Positions 53,347-62,123 of a stretch of DNA of 64,000 nucleotides are shown in pieces. Position 1 is the first letter of the stretch, and every line of letters begins with the position of its first letter. Location of the stretch: NCBI GenBank assembly GCA_963767115.1, contig CAVYCR010000001.1, forward strand, positions 130,430 through 194,429. Direction: 5' to 3'. Made by a program: the position numbers and the translations under genes. Under the pieces are notes generated by a model. That model made no database searches. It saw only the letters and a list, made by a program, of their open reading frames with translations, and was not told the origin of the DNA. Origin of the DNA: Candidatus Kaiserbacteria bacterium. GTDB taxonomy: Bacteria > Patescibacteriota > Minisyncoccia > Phycocordibacterales > UBA2100.

Positions 53347-53817
53347 TTACATTTGATGACTCCCGGCGCTTCCCGAGTGCATCATGCCACCTTTGGGCTG
53401 GAGCCACCAACCAATGAGAGCTGCTGGTATGACCCAGTAGCCCAAGAGGACCAAGGTCGACCAGCTCCAGAGGTACGGGCCGAAATTCGGCAAGACCGAC
53501 ATGAGTGTCGAGACTGAGCCGGTCTGTGCAAGGACTCCCGAGATGCCTGAGACGAAGGTTGTAAGGACCGAGATCACAAATCCGCCGATGCCAAAGACCA
53601 CTGCCCATTTGAGAGCCATTGCTTTGGAGAGCGGGCGGAAGTACCACATCGTAAGCAATGCCACGACGATCGCCGCAAGGACGATGAACGTGACGTACTG
53701 CACCGTGATCACCGAGCCCGCCGCTCCTGCCGGCAGAAGCGAGGCGATACCTGCGACTACATTGTTGATAACATAATTACCGAAAAACGCGATAAGAAAC
53801 CACCGTTCCCATTTCAT
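53347..53817 (-). CDS. Hypothetical integral membrane protein (156 aa)
   Basis: The internal ATG at 53817 (MKWERWFLIAFFGNYV...) gives four clear TM helices. The ORF-track N-terminal extension is non-hydrophobic, basic and unlikely to be real. Confidence 0.5.
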   Translation of the reverse strand: MKWERWFLIAFFGNYVINNVVAGIASLLPAGAAGSVITVQYVTFIVLAAIVVALLTMWYFRPLSKAMALKWAVVFGIGGFVISVLTTFVSGISGVLAQTGSVSTLMSVLPNFGPYLWSWSTLVLLGYWVIPAALIGWWLQPKGGMMHSGSAGSHQM

Positions 53818-53879
53818 AATTAATTGGATATTAAATAAATAGCGGATAATGTAATTGTCTACGACCCCGTAATGGTACC

Positions 53880-54491
53880 TTACCCTAGGAGCTTGGCAAA
53901 CCGGTTGTCCACTGCTGCCCAATTGAGGTTTTTGAAGAAAGCGTCTATGTATTTGCCCTTGCCCTGAGCGCCTTGGTCGAGGATGAAGGCGTGTTCCCAT
54001 ACGTCGAGGGCAAGCACGATCGGGAGCGTTGCGAAATGTCCCTGATGCTGCTCACCGACGAAGCCCGCGAGGAAAGTCTTTGCGATAGTATCCCAATAGA
54101 GGATCGCCCAGCCGGGGCCGCGCGTGCCCGCGATAGCCTTCAGGTACGGCATCACGTGGCTCGGGTCGCCGTACTCCTTGGTGAGAGCGTCAAAGAGGGC
54201 GCCGCTCGTGGGCATGCCAGAGGCACTCCCTTCGAGCTGTTCAAAGTACAGCTCGTGGAGGCGCATACCGTCAAATTCGAACGCTCTCCGGCGGAAGATC
54301 TCGGCGAGCGCGAGTGTATTTTTATCGTCTTTCGCGTACTCCGGCATGAGAGCCGACATCGCGTTGAAATTCTTCACGTATCCCTGGTACAGGCCTACGT
54401 GTTCATCGATTGATTTCTGCGAGATGCCGTCGAGTGTCGGGATATTGAATGTTTTGGCTGTGTATTCCATAGGTAATTTGTTAGCACCCAT
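53880..54491 (-). CDS. Fe/Mn superoxide dismutase-family protein
   Basis: The four metal ligands align with E. coli SodB: IDEH (H26), MRLHELYF (H73) and LDVWEHAF (D156, H160). The start may be the ATG at 54470. Confidence 0.7.
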   Translation of the reverse strand: MGANKLPMEYTAKTFNIPTLDGISQKSIDEHVGLYQGYVKNFNAMSALMPEYAKDDKNTLALAEIFRRRAFEFDGMRLHELYFEQLEGSASGMPTSGALFDALTKEYGDPSHVMPYLKAIAGTRGPGWAILYWDTIAKTFLAGFVGEQHQGHFATLPIVLALDVWEHAFILDQGAQGKGKYIDAFFKNLNWAAVDNRFAKLLG

Positions 54492-54540
54492 TAATTAATG
54501 AAAGCATCATACCACCCTCAGGTGGTGCTAAAATGAAGGC

Positions 54541-55404
54541 ATGCGCATGAGCGCACGGATCGTGGGGGTCGCGATCGCGATACTCCTTTTCGCATGCGTT
54601 GTCGTTTGGACAGCGGCTTTTGACGTGAGGCAAGGCGTCCTGAGCGTATCTTTTCTCGACGTCGGCCAAGGCGACTCGATATTCATACGATCGCCCTCGG
54701 GCCGGACGGTGCTCATAGACGGCGGCCCCGACGACAGTGTGCTGCGACAACTATCTCAAGAAATGCCTCTATTGAGCCGTTTTTTAGACGTCGTGATCGC
54801 GACCCACCCTGACAGCGACCACATCACCGGCCTTATCGACGTACTTGAGCGCTATAAGGTCACCTATGTAGTGCAGTCGAGCGTCTTGGGCGATACGCCG
54901 GTCTGGGATTCGCTTGAGAATGTGATTGCTGATGATCAAAAAGAGGGGACAAAGCTGGTCACCGCGCTTCGCGGGCAGGTGATCGACCTTGGTGACGGCG
55001 CGTATCTCGAGGTTTTGTCACCCGATCGAAGTGTTCCAAATGTCGCGACCAACGAAGGCTGTGTCGTCACGAGGCTCGTCTATGGCAAGACATCCTTCCT
55101 GCTGCCATGTGACGCGCCGAGCGATATCGAGCAGTATCTCGTCTATCTCGACGGCCCGGGCCTCTCCTCGACCGTGCTCAAGGCAGGGCATCACGGCTCT
55201 GCTTACTCGTCATCACCTCTCTTCGTCGGCTTCGTCGATCCACAATACGCAGTCTATTCCCGCGGCTGCAACAATAAGTACGGTTTCCCGGCGACCTCGA
55301 CCGTCGCCACATTCAAGTCATTCGGTATTCCGACCCTCGACACCTGCCTCGACGGGACGGTCACATTCGTGAGTGATGGCCAAACCGTATCAGAAAGACA
55401 GTAA
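54541..55404 (+). CDS. MBL-fold metallo-hydrolase (ComEC C-terminal-domain-like), membrane anchored
   Basis: SVSFLDVGQGDSIFIRSPSGRTVLIDGG...ATHPDSDHITG...KAGHHGS is the ComEC-type beta-lactamase-fold motif set, preceded by an N-terminal TM helix. Confidence 0.8.
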   Translation: MRMSARIVGVAIAILLFACVVVWTAAFDVRQGVLSVSFLDVGQGDSIFIRSPSGRTVLIDGGPDDSVLRQLSQEMPLLSRFLDVVIATHPDSDHITGLIDVLERYKVTYVVQSSVLGDTPVWDSLENVIADDQKEGTKLVTALRGQVIDLGDGAYLEVLSPDRSVPNVATNEGCVVTRLVYGKTSFLLPCDAPSDIEQYLVYLDGPGLSSTVLKAGHHGSAYSSSPLFVGFVDPQYAVYSRGCNNKYGFPATSTVATFKSFGIPTLDTCLDGTVTFVSDGQTVSERQ

Positions 55405-55523
55405 AACAATCACTCCTGCAAATTCACCAATTGGGTAAATTACTGGAGCACCACAGAATCAATCAAAAGTCCGCGATTTTCCCAATTGGGTATTTTACGG
55501 ACTTCTGTAATCTCCACCCCTGC

Positions 55524-56642
55524 TCAAAGACCGGTTTGTGTGGCATCTCTCGTGCCGAGAATGTTTTTCACGACGTTGCTTAAGTGATTCGCCCGATCCA
55601 AGCTTTGTCCGGGGATATTTATTCCACTTTGGGCGATCTTGTTACGACCAACCACTTGTGAGCCTGCAGCGTTCTGAATCTTCGTGGTCGCCAGTCCAAA
55701 GACACGCTCGACGATACCTTGCGATACGACGACGTCTTGGATGGTGTGATACGGCACATGCACTTCGGAGCGGCCAATGACGCCCGTTCTCATGACGATG
55801 TATTCCGGCAGGAATGCAAAAGAATAAGTACTACGCCAAAGAATTGCATACACGATATGGAAGACATAGATCACAATGAACAAAACGATACATGCGCTTG
55901 CGAATGAAAATCCAAAAGTGTTCGCGATCGTTGTCGTCGAATCGTCGCGCGGAGCGGAAGCGTAAAAAGACAAAAGAGCCGCAAGAAATGCGGAAGAAAA
56001 GAAGTACATCACGATTTGCTGTGCCATCCATGAGCTATTGAGCGGGTACGTCTTGCTCGAAATCTCTTCGCTCAATTGCACGGGAGGCATAGGGGAAGTG
56101 GAAGAGCTTGAAACTCCCGCTGCGGAATTTGCGGGGCCTGTCGGATGCCCCTGGATCTTAGCGAGCAAGAATTCCTTGAGTCCTTCCGCGGCCGGCTGCT
56201 CCACGCCGTCGATATGCGCTTCGATACCGGAGGTCGCCGTAGCGCTCGCGATGTGCACGTCGTAGAGACCCATGATGCGATCGAGAATATCCTGATCGAC
56301 ATATACGTCTTGGATCTTCGTGTACTGCACGTGTATCTCAGTGGGGGCAAAGACGCCTTTCTTGATGGTCACAAAAGCGTCGTTGGCATCATAGAAATAG
56401 CGCTTGATATAGGTGCTGATGTACCACGCATAGAGCAAGAGCCCGCCGCCGACGACTATCGTCCAGCCCATGAGCGCAAGCGTGAAATCGATCCGTAGCG
56501 ACGGGTCGTATACCCCGCTCATGAGCAAAGAGCTCACACCGGAGACGAACGCCCAAATGATAACCCATGCGATAAGGCTGAAGAGATACTTTTTCCAAAA
56601 CTTCTTCGGGCTTAGGGGGTATTGCTCTTGGAGCGATGTCAT
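55524..56642 (-). CDS. Membrane protein with bacterial PH (bPH_2 / YdbT-like) domains
   Basis: Two TM-pair plus bPH modules (VTIKKGVFAPTEIHVQYTKIQDVYVDQDILDRIMGLYDVHI; VMRTGVIGRSEVHVPYHTIQDVVVSQGIVERVFGLATTKI). Confidence 0.65.
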   Translation of the reverse strand: MTSLQEQYPLSPKKFWKKYLFSLIAWVIIWAFVSGVSSLLMSGVYDPSLRIDFTLALMGWTIVVGGGLLLYAWYISTYIKRYFYDANDAFVTIKKGVFAPTEIHVQYTKIQDVYVDQDILDRIMGLYDVHIASATATSGIEAHIDGVEQPAAEGLKEFLLAKIQGHPTGPANSAAGVSSSSTSPMPPVQLSEEISSKTYPLNSSWMAQQIVMYFFSSAFLAALLSFYASAPRDDSTTTIANTFGFSFASACIVLFIVIYVFHIVYAILWRSTYSFAFLPEYIVMRTGVIGRSEVHVPYHTIQDVVVSQGIVERVFGLATTKIQNAAGSQVVGRNKIAQSGINIPGQSLDRANHLSNVVKNILGTRDATQTGL

Positions 56643-56722
56643 AGGGTTACTTATGCGATTAACCGCTTATATCTCTTCATGATAGCACAAAGGAGGGTCG
56701 TGCGTTGTATCGAATGCGAGAA

Positions 56723-57358
56723 TTATCGAACGAAGTAGCTTGTCGTTTTGTCACCGATCAGAGCGATAATTTCTTCAAGTAAGTCGCGAACGTCTTGATC
56801 TGGAGCCGTCTTTTCGCGTTTGTTGGCATAGAGGTGATTCGCTGCGACATTCATGCGCTTCCAAGTGCGGCCGTTTTGCGCAAAGTTCGACAATACCGGC
56901 TCTACCTTATCGAACGCCTTGATGAATCGACTCTCGGCATCTTCTTGTCGCTCGTATGCTTCAATGGTCTCTTGTAATTCCTCGAATTCAGGAAATTCCG
57001 AGGCGATCCGTTTTTGTGCATCTTTCTCGCGCTTTGCCTTGGTCTTTTTCGCTTCCTCATCGAGAATGTATGTATCGCCGGCATATGCCTCGACGAGATC
57101 GTGCGCAAGCGCATAACGCATGACCAAACCTTTGTCGAGCGGGAGCTTGAACGCATCGACGACATACCACGCGAGCATCGCGATCTTGTAGCTGTGTTCG
57201 ACATCATTCTCGGGGTTATCGCGCTCAGGGATATCTGCCACGCGCTCGACAAGCGCGAATCGGTGCAAAAGAGCCTGAAACTCCAGTACTTTTTGCGGAT
57301 CAATCTTGGATTTCATCGCGCAAGTATAACAAAGGATGGTGATGCTGTTGTAAGTCAT
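56723..57358 (-). CDS. HD-domain phosphohydrolase (YfbR-like 5'-nucleotidase family)
   Basis: ENDVEHSYKIAML...LAHDLVEAYAGDT gives H...HD...D. AAGGAGG lies 8 nt upstream of the ATG at 57358. Confidence 0.75.
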   Translation of the reverse strand: MTYNSITILCYTCAMKSKIDPQKVLEFQALLHRFALVERVADIPERDNPENDVEHSYKIAMLAWYVVDAFKLPLDKGLVMRYALAHDLVEAYAGDTYILDEEAKKTKAKREKDAQKRIASEFPEFEELQETIEAYERQEDAESRFIKAFDKVEPVLSNFAQNGRTWKRMNVAANHLYANKREKTAPDQDVRDLLEEIIALIGDKTTSYFVR

Positions 57359-57655
57359 TACTTTTGCCTCCTTGCGGCGAAAAGAATTCCGTGTGCCAGG
57401 GCCGGCAATTTGCCACGCGTGATCGGGTTATCCGGGAGCATTGGCCCGAGATACTGGACAGACTTGTGGTCAGAGACGACTGGGGTGATGCATTTAATAC
57501 GGCTCTTCAACGTGACAATTTCTTTGCCGAATTAAATCGTATCGGCGAGGAAGAGCTGCGTAACAGATGTTCACCCCGCATTGGTTTCTACTGGATAGCG
57601 CTCGGGGGCGGGCACATGTCCATTTCACGATTCGAAGGATTCACTTGCCCATAAG

Positions 57656-57699
57656 AAAGCGCCACGCGGACTTTATCTCTGCGTGGCGCCTCGTTTTTA
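57656..57699. terminator. Hairpin terminator
   Basis: gcgccacgc-(13 nt)-gcgtggcgc followed by ctcgttttt. It lies downstream of rpmB (minus) and of a doubtful plus-strand ORF. Confidence 0.55.
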
Positions 57700-57716
57700 T
57701 TAATACGTTTCTTGAT

Positions 57717-57959
57717 TTAGACCAATCCCGCCTTTTGGAGTGTGATGAAAGCGCCACGCTTCTTCATGGTCTTGAGGCCCTTTGCCGAGACCTTGATCGT
57801 GATTTTCTTGCCTATTTCAGGCACAAAAAGCGTCTTCTTTTGGAGGTTGACTTGGCGGCGGCGCTTGCCCGTCGGGTTGAACTTCGTAGCGCGGACACGG
57901 TTGGAGTACCCGCCTCCTACCTGCGAAGTCTTGCCTGTGATGTCGCAAACGCGTGCCAT
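57717..57959 (-). CDS. rpmB: 50S ribosomal protein L28
   Basis: The internal ATG at 57959 gives MARVCDITGKTSQVGGGYSNRVRATKFNPTGKRRRQVNLQKK, a canonical L28 N-terminus. Confidence 0.9.
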   Translation of the reverse strand: MARVCDITGKTSQVGGGYSNRVRATKFNPTGKRRRQVNLQKKTLFVPEIGKKITIKVSAKGLKTMKKRGAFITLQKAGLV

Positions 57960-58029
57960 AGTGGTCAGATAATACGGCATTTTGCACAAAAAGCAACTTC
58001 ACAACGGTCGTCGTGGTATATTACGCAGT

Positions 58030-58386
58030 ATGCAAAGCAAGAAGGATTCGGTTACCAACGAGAAAATATTCGGTCTCCTCTTGGATATGGATGAACGTAT
58101 CACGTCAATGGACGAGCGCATTGCCTCAATGGACGAGCGCATTACATCTATGGACGAGCGCATTATATCTATAGATGGACACGTTAATTCCATTGATGAG
58201 CGGATGGCAACCAAGGCCGATCTTCGCGAGTACGCCACCAAGAATGATCTTGAACGATTCAGGGATGAGATCCTTAAGGAAGTACGACCGCTCCATAGGG
58301 CGGTCGATACGGATGCCGAGACCATTATCGACCATGGCAGGCGCATTACCGCTCTCGAAAAACACGCAGGCATCGCGCCCCGATAA
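58030..58386 (+). CDS. Hypothetical coiled-coil protein with 7-aa tandem repeats
   Basis: MDERI[TA]S occurs four times, followed by two degenerate units (21-bp tandem repeats at 58087-58212). The start is taken at the ATG at 58030. Confidence 0.5.
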   Translation: MQSKKDSVTNEKIFGLLLDMDERITSMDERIASMDERITSMDERIISIDGHVNSIDERMATKADLREYATKNDLERFRDEILKEVRPLHRAVDTDAETIIDHGRRITALEKHAGIAPR

Positions 58387-58399
58387 CCGCTCAAATCAT

Positions 58400-58918
58400 A
58401 TGCGCATTTATACAAAAAAGATGTATACGGGTGCCTTTGCCGCCATTCTAATCTTCTTGCCGTTTGCCGCCCAAGCGCAAACCGTTGCAACCTCATCAGG
58501 TTCAATTCTCGATCAGGTATTGTCATTACAGCAGCTCGTCGATTCGCTCCAGCAACAGATCAGCCAACTCGAAGCGCAGATCAATACGCTCACTGGGGGC
58601 GGCGGCACCGACTCCCAGCCGGCACAGATCACTGGTTCGTCATCATCATTACCCAATATCTTCGCGCCGGTGAACGATAACTCCTCCGCGTATAGTAATT
58701 ATGGCAGCTATGGTGATGATGTAGGCACGGCCGCACAGAATCTCCTGCAGGCGCTGCAGAGCCCGACTGGTTTTCTCGTGCCATCTGCTGTTCCTGTTGC
58801 GGCAACCACGACCGCTACCACCACGACGTCGGTAGCGCCGCCTATAAACAACGATTCAATGTGCCCAATCGGCGAAGTGTTTCTCTATAGCGTGTGCATG
58901 ATGGCTCCTTCGCCATAA
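58400..58918 (+). CDS. Hypothetical secreted protein
   Basis: The internal ATG gives MRIYTKKMYTGAFAAILIFLPFAAQAQ, a signal peptide with an AQA cleavage-like site, followed by a coiled-coil and a T-rich region. Confidence 0.5.
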   Translation: MRIYTKKMYTGAFAAILIFLPFAAQAQTVATSSGSILDQVLSLQQLVDSLQQQISQLEAQINTLTGGGGTDSQPAQITGSSSSLPNIFAPVNDNSSAYSNYGSYGDDVGTAAQNLLQALQSPTGFLVPSAVPVAATTTATTTTSVAPPINNDSMCPIGEVFLYSVCMMAPSP

Positions 58919-58945
58919 AAGCTCCCAGTTTGGTATAGTAGTGCG

Positions 58946-59575
58946 ATGGACATCGGCACTACTATTTTTGTCGTCGCGATAGTCATCATCTCCTCGATCA
59001 TTCATGAGGTGATGCACGGGGTCGCGGCGGACAAGCTCGGTGACCCGACCGCGCGCTATGCAGGCAGACTCACCTTGAACCCACTCGTGCATCTTGATCC
59101 TTTTGGCTCGGTAATACTGCCGTTTCTTCTCGTCTTCTCGGGCTCGCCGATCTTCTTCGGCTATGCGAAGCCCGTACCGTACAACCCCTACAACCTGCGC
59201 CCCGGCCGCTTCTCGGAAGCGATCGTTGCCATAGCAGGTCCCGCGTCCAACGCCGTCATCGCGCTTATCGGCGCGCTCGTCATACGGCTCAATTTCTTTG
59301 GCGAGACGGTAAACGAAGTCGTATTTCTCATCGTCGTCATCAACATCATGCTCTGTTTCTTCAACCTCATCCCGATCCCGCCACTCGACGGCTCCAAAGT
59401 ACTGGCCTCGATCCTGCCCGGGCCCCTTGAGAGGGGATACGGGAAGATCCGCTACGCGCTTGAGCGCAATCCTTTGATCGGCATGATCATCGTCGTTCTC
59501 ATCGTATATAGTCTCGGCTCAGTATGGAGCAACTTCATCTACGATATCGCAGGCTTCCTCGCCGGCGGGCAGTGA
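58946..59575 (+). CDS. Site-2 protease family (M50) zinc metalloprotease
   Basis: The HEVMHG (HExxH) motif lies in the first TM region, a polytopic layout follows, and NLIPIPPLDG is the second conserved motif. Confidence 0.8.
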   Translation: MDIGTTIFVVAIVIISSIIHEVMHGVAADKLGDPTARYAGRLTLNPLVHLDPFGSVILPFLLVFSGSPIFFGYAKPVPYNPYNLRPGRFSEAIVAIAGPASNAVIALIGALVIRLNFFGETVNEVVFLIVVINIMLCFFNLIPIPPLDGSKVLASILPGPLERGYGKIRYALERNPLIGMIIVVLIVYSLGSVWSNFIYDIAGFLAGGQ

Positions 59576-59680
59576 CACAAGGCTCCTATTTGACAGCCGA
59601 GGACCGAAAAGTCCATAGTGTCTCCAGTGAATTGAGTGACCGGCACTGTGCCGACACAATTCGCATGAACGGAGGTTCTC

Positions 59681-60040
59681 ATGCTTTCGCGAGTTCTCGG
59701 ACCAGTCTTTCTTTCGTTGGCGTTGCTCTCGGTCCCGACGCACGCCGCCGTCAAGTCGACACCAGAGAGAAGTTCGGCTCCGCCCCGCCTCTATTGCATG
59801 GGGGACGAAGTGCTTACGGCAATCATCGAGAATAAGGTCGAAATGTCAGACACGACTGCAATGTTAACTCTCAAGCTCAATCCGGGGATAACGTGCAAGA
59901 TGTGGTCTCGAAACGACCTTGAATTCGTTAAGGTGTCCGGCCTCACCGTTGGTGACCTTTTCACGGTCGCGTACGAAGAGTATTCAGATGGAAAGAATAC
60001 GTGGTATCGATGGGATTATAGCCCAGTACATAGGGAATGA
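59681..60040 (+). CDS. Hypothetical secreted protein
   Basis: GGAGG RBS upstream and the signal peptide MLSRVLGPVFLSLALLSVPTHA. A terminator lies downstream. Confidence 0.5.
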   Translation: MLSRVLGPVFLSLALLSVPTHAAVKSTPERSSAPPRLYCMGDEVLTAIIENKVEMSDTTAMLTLKLNPGITCKMWSRNDLEFVKVSGLTVGDLFTVAYEEYSDGKNTWYRWDYSPVHRE

Positions 60041-60055
60041 CGCTCTTTATCCCGC

Positions 60056-60079
60056 AAGCGCCGCTTCACAGCGGCGCTT
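60056..60079 (+). terminator. Hairpin terminator
   Basis: aagcgccgc-ttcaca-gcggcgctt (9-bp stem). Confidence 0.55.
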
Positions 60080-60219
60080 AGCTTTCAGGCTTCGGGACGT
60101 ATGACAAGGGTGTTTTCCCCTAACTGGATTCGTCGTACAAATTCGCATGCCTCCATCGAATCGCAGTTCAATCTCAAAAGGTTCCAACGTCGTACCAAAT
60201 TTGGCTGGTTATTTATAGT

Positions 60220-60246
60220 AAAGACCGCCCAATCACTTGGGCGGTC
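60220..60246 (-). terminator. Hairpin terminator after the ASCH gene
   Basis: gaccgcccaa-tcac-ttgggcggtc (10-bp stem), 3 nt from the gene's stop. Confidence 0.55.
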
Positions 60247-60248
60247 GG

Positions 60249-60578
60249 TCAGGATCCATCTAATTTTGCGAGTTCGAATACGAGGCATTTTTTGCGGTAA
60301 ATCCCAGCACCCCAAATTCTTACGAAGAGCCTCTCGATCTCAAATGTTGTTTTGTTCGGCAGTATGCGTTGAAGCGGCTCGTTTGCAAGGAGCGCAGGTA
60401 TATTTGGGTATGTGCGGATGGCAACAACCCGCCGGTGAATCGTTTGGTTAAAGATGATTGTATCGCCCATCTCAATAGTTCTCATGAACGATGAATTGAG
60501 CCGTACTTCCAAGGATTTCAGCCCCGATTCGATGAGGGGTAAAATCCACGGTCTTACCGAGAGTTCTTGTTCTTTCAT
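60249..60578 (-). CDS. ASCH-domain protein
   Basis: AGGAGGAG RBS. LSVRPWILPLIESGLKSLEVRLNSSFMRTIEMGDTIIF resembles the ASCH beta-barrel N-terminus (recall only). Confidence 0.6.
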   Translation of the reverse strand: MKEQELSVRPWILPLIESGLKSLEVRLNSSFMRTIEMGDTIIFNQTIHRRVVAIRTYPNIPALLANEPLQRILPNKTTFEIERLFVRIWGAGIYRKKCLVFELAKLDGS

Positions 60579-60659
60579 CGCTCACTCCTCCTGCTGGCCG
60601 GCAGGGTATCACCAAAACATCTTGCAGTCGACCCGAGGCCGCAAGGTCGACTCTGATAC

Positions 60660-60688
60660 TTGCGCTTTAGCAGTCCCAGTAGTATATT
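60660..60688 (+). promoter_or_regulatory. Candidate sigma70-type promoter of the rpsL operon
   Basis: TTGCGC (60660-60665), a 17-nt spacer, then TATATT (60683-60688), 44 nt upstream of the rpsL ATG. It is followed by a small cccc-ttcg-gggg hairpin with a T-run at 60694-60712. Confidence 0.5.
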
Positions 60689-60731
60689 CCTAGCACCCCT
60701 TCGGGGATTTTTAATTGTCGCTGACAGTCTC

Positions 60732-61148
60732 ATGGCTACCATCAACCAGCTCACGCGCAAAGGACGCACTAACCCTGTGCGCAAGACGAAGACCCTCGCA
60801 CTCGCGCGTGGCTTCAATTCATTGAAAAATCGCCCGAGCTTCTATCCTTCGCCTTTCAAGCGCGGCGTCTGCACGCGCGTGACCACCAAGACTCCCCGCA
60901 AGCCAAACTCCGCTATCCGAAAGATCGCCCGCGTACGCCTGACCAACGGCATGGAAATCACCGCCTACATCCCGGGAGAGGGACACAACCTCCAGGAGCA
61001 CTCGGTCGTCTTGGTGCGCGGTGGCCGCGTGAAGGACATCGGTATCCGTTACACGATCGTGCGCGGCAAGCTTGATGCGACCGGTGTCGACAAGCGCCGC
61101 CGCGGCCGTTCACGCTATGGCGCGAAGCGCCCGAAGGCAGCCAAATAA
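60732..61148 (+). CDS. rpsL: 30S ribosomal protein S12
   Basis: [12 protein letters not shown]...[31 protein letters not shown]...[21 protein letters not shown]. The ORF-track start at 60660 is an upstream extension. Confidence 0.95.
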   Translation: MATINQLTRKGRTNPVRKTKTLALARGFNSLKNRPSFYPSPFKRGVCTRVTTKTPRKPNSAIRKIARVRLTNGMEITAYIPGEGHNLQEHSVVLVRGGRVKDIGIRYTIVRGKLDATGVDKRRRGRSRYGAKRPKAAK

Positions 61149-61180
61149 TCTCAAAGTTCAAATCTAAAATCTCAAATCTT
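61147..61180 (+). repeat. AATCTCAAAG-TTCAAATCT-AAAATCT repeat, copy 1 (rpsL-rpsG spacer)
   Basis: The 25-26 nt atctcaaagttcaaatctaaaatct recurs inverted at 62091-62116 and, with two changes, at 61654-61681. Confidence 0.8.
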
Positions 61181-61642
61181 ATGCGACGACCAGTTAAAAA
61201 CCGCAACATGGTGCAGCCCGACGAGGTGTATAGCTCGACCAAGGTGTCGAAGCTCATCAACTACGTCATGGAACGCGGCAAGAAGGACACTGCTCGTAAG
61301 GTGGTCTACAAGGCATTTGAAGAGCTCAAGAAGGAGGGTGATCCGCTCGTTATCTTCGAAGAAGCACTCGAAAACGCAGGACCAACTGTGGAAGTACGCT
61401 CCCGCCGCGTCGGTGGCGCCAACTACCAGGTACCGCGCGAGGTGCGTCCGGAACGCCGCCTTAGCTTAGGTATGCGCTGGATGGTAGAAGCGGCCGAAGG
61501 CACGAAGGGCAAGCCGATGCACGAATCGCTCGCCGCTGAGATCCTTGCCGCCAAGAAGGGCGAGGGTACTGCCGTCTCCAAGAAAGAGACTACCCATCGT
61601 ATGGCTGATGCCAACAAGGCATTTGCCCACTTTGCTTGGTAG
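61181..61642 (+). CDS. rpsG: 30S ribosomal protein S7
   Basis: PDEVYSSTKVSKLINYVMERGKKDTARKVVY...VEVRSRRVGGANYQVPREV...KAFAHFAW. Confidence 0.95.
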   Translation: MRRPVKNRNMVQPDEVYSSTKVSKLINYVMERGKKDTARKVVYKAFEELKKEGDPLVIFEEALENAGPTVEVRSRRVGGANYQVPREVRPERRLSLGMRWMVEAAEGTKGKPMHESLAAEILAAKKGEGTAVSKKETTHRMADANKAFAHFAW

Positions 61643-61653
61643 GTTTCAAAATT

Positions 61654-61681
61654 AAATCTCAAAGATCAAATCTCAAATCTA
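61654..61681 (+). repeat. AAATCTCAAAG repeat, copy 2
   Basis: aaatctcaaagatcaaatctcaaatcta. It also forms the 5' arm of the rpsG terminator hairpin. Confidence 0.75.
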
Positions 61682-61704
61682 GGTGACTAGGTTTGAGATT
61701 TTTT
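61668..61704 (+). terminator. Intrinsic terminator after rpsG
   Basis: aaatctcaaa-(tcta ggtgac tagg)-tttgagattt followed by TTT. It overlaps the stop of the minus-strand four-helix-bundle gene. Confidence 0.65.
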
Positions 61705-62049
61705 CATTGTGCGGACGCTTGCTCCTAAGATGTTGGCTATCTCACGACTTTCCTGCTTGAGTTTGTCAGCATCTTTAATCGAAGGATTTGAATCACATAG
61801 TAATGCGAGCCAAAAAGTTGATTCATTGGCTGACTTGAGGGCATGTGTATAAAAGTTAATGTAGTCTTTTCTAGAACTTGCCGCTCGCGCCTCCGTCACG
61901 TTCGCTGCGACCGATGTACCACTGCGAACAAGTTGTTTTCCTAACTCCCTCGAAGCAGTATCGTTCGGGAGTTTGCTCACAAATCGTACGACACCAAGCG
62001 AATAATCGTAAAAGCGCTTCTCAAACATTTTCTTGTCTGCTGACCCCAT
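61687..62049 (-). CDS. Four-helix-bundle protein (family formerly called 23S rRNA intervening-sequence protein)
   Basis: FEKRFYDYSLGVVRFVSKLPNDTASRELGKQLVRSGTSVAANVTEARAASSRKDYINFYTHALKSANESTFWLALL matches the conserved pattern of this family (recall). Confidence 0.8.
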   Translation of the reverse strand: MGSADKKMFEKRFYDYSLGVVRFVSKLPNDTASRELGKQLVRSGTSVAANVTEARAASSRKDYINFYTHALKSANESTFWLALLCDSNPSIKDADKLKQESREIANILGASVRTMKKSQT

Positions 62050-62090
62050 AGCAGTTCAAAATTTACCTGATATGCAAAAAGTATATCAGG

Positions 62091-62120
62091 TAGATTTTAG
62101 ATTTGAACTTTGAGATCTGC
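62091..62120 (-). repeat. AATCTCAAAG repeat, copy 3 (inverted)
   Basis: The reverse complement reads gcagatctcaaagttcaaatctaaaatcta. Confidence 0.8.
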
Positions 62121-62123
62121 TTA

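Noticed and set aside
57364-57654. 96-aa plus-strand ORF between the HD gene and rpmB.
   Set aside because: It needs a TTG or GTG start without an RBS, and no family was recognised. The downstream hairpin can equally serve rpmB. It is left unannotated.
58087-58212. Tandem 21-bp repeats, considered as a possible CRISPR-like array.
   Set aside because: The repeats are contiguous with no spacers, in-frame, and encode a heptad coiled coil. No cas genes are present anywhere in the window.
60660-60731. Upstream extension of rpsL to position 60660 given in the ORF track.
   Set aside because: The canonical S12 N-terminus MATINQL starts at 60732, and the extension covers the candidate promoter and a leader hairpin.
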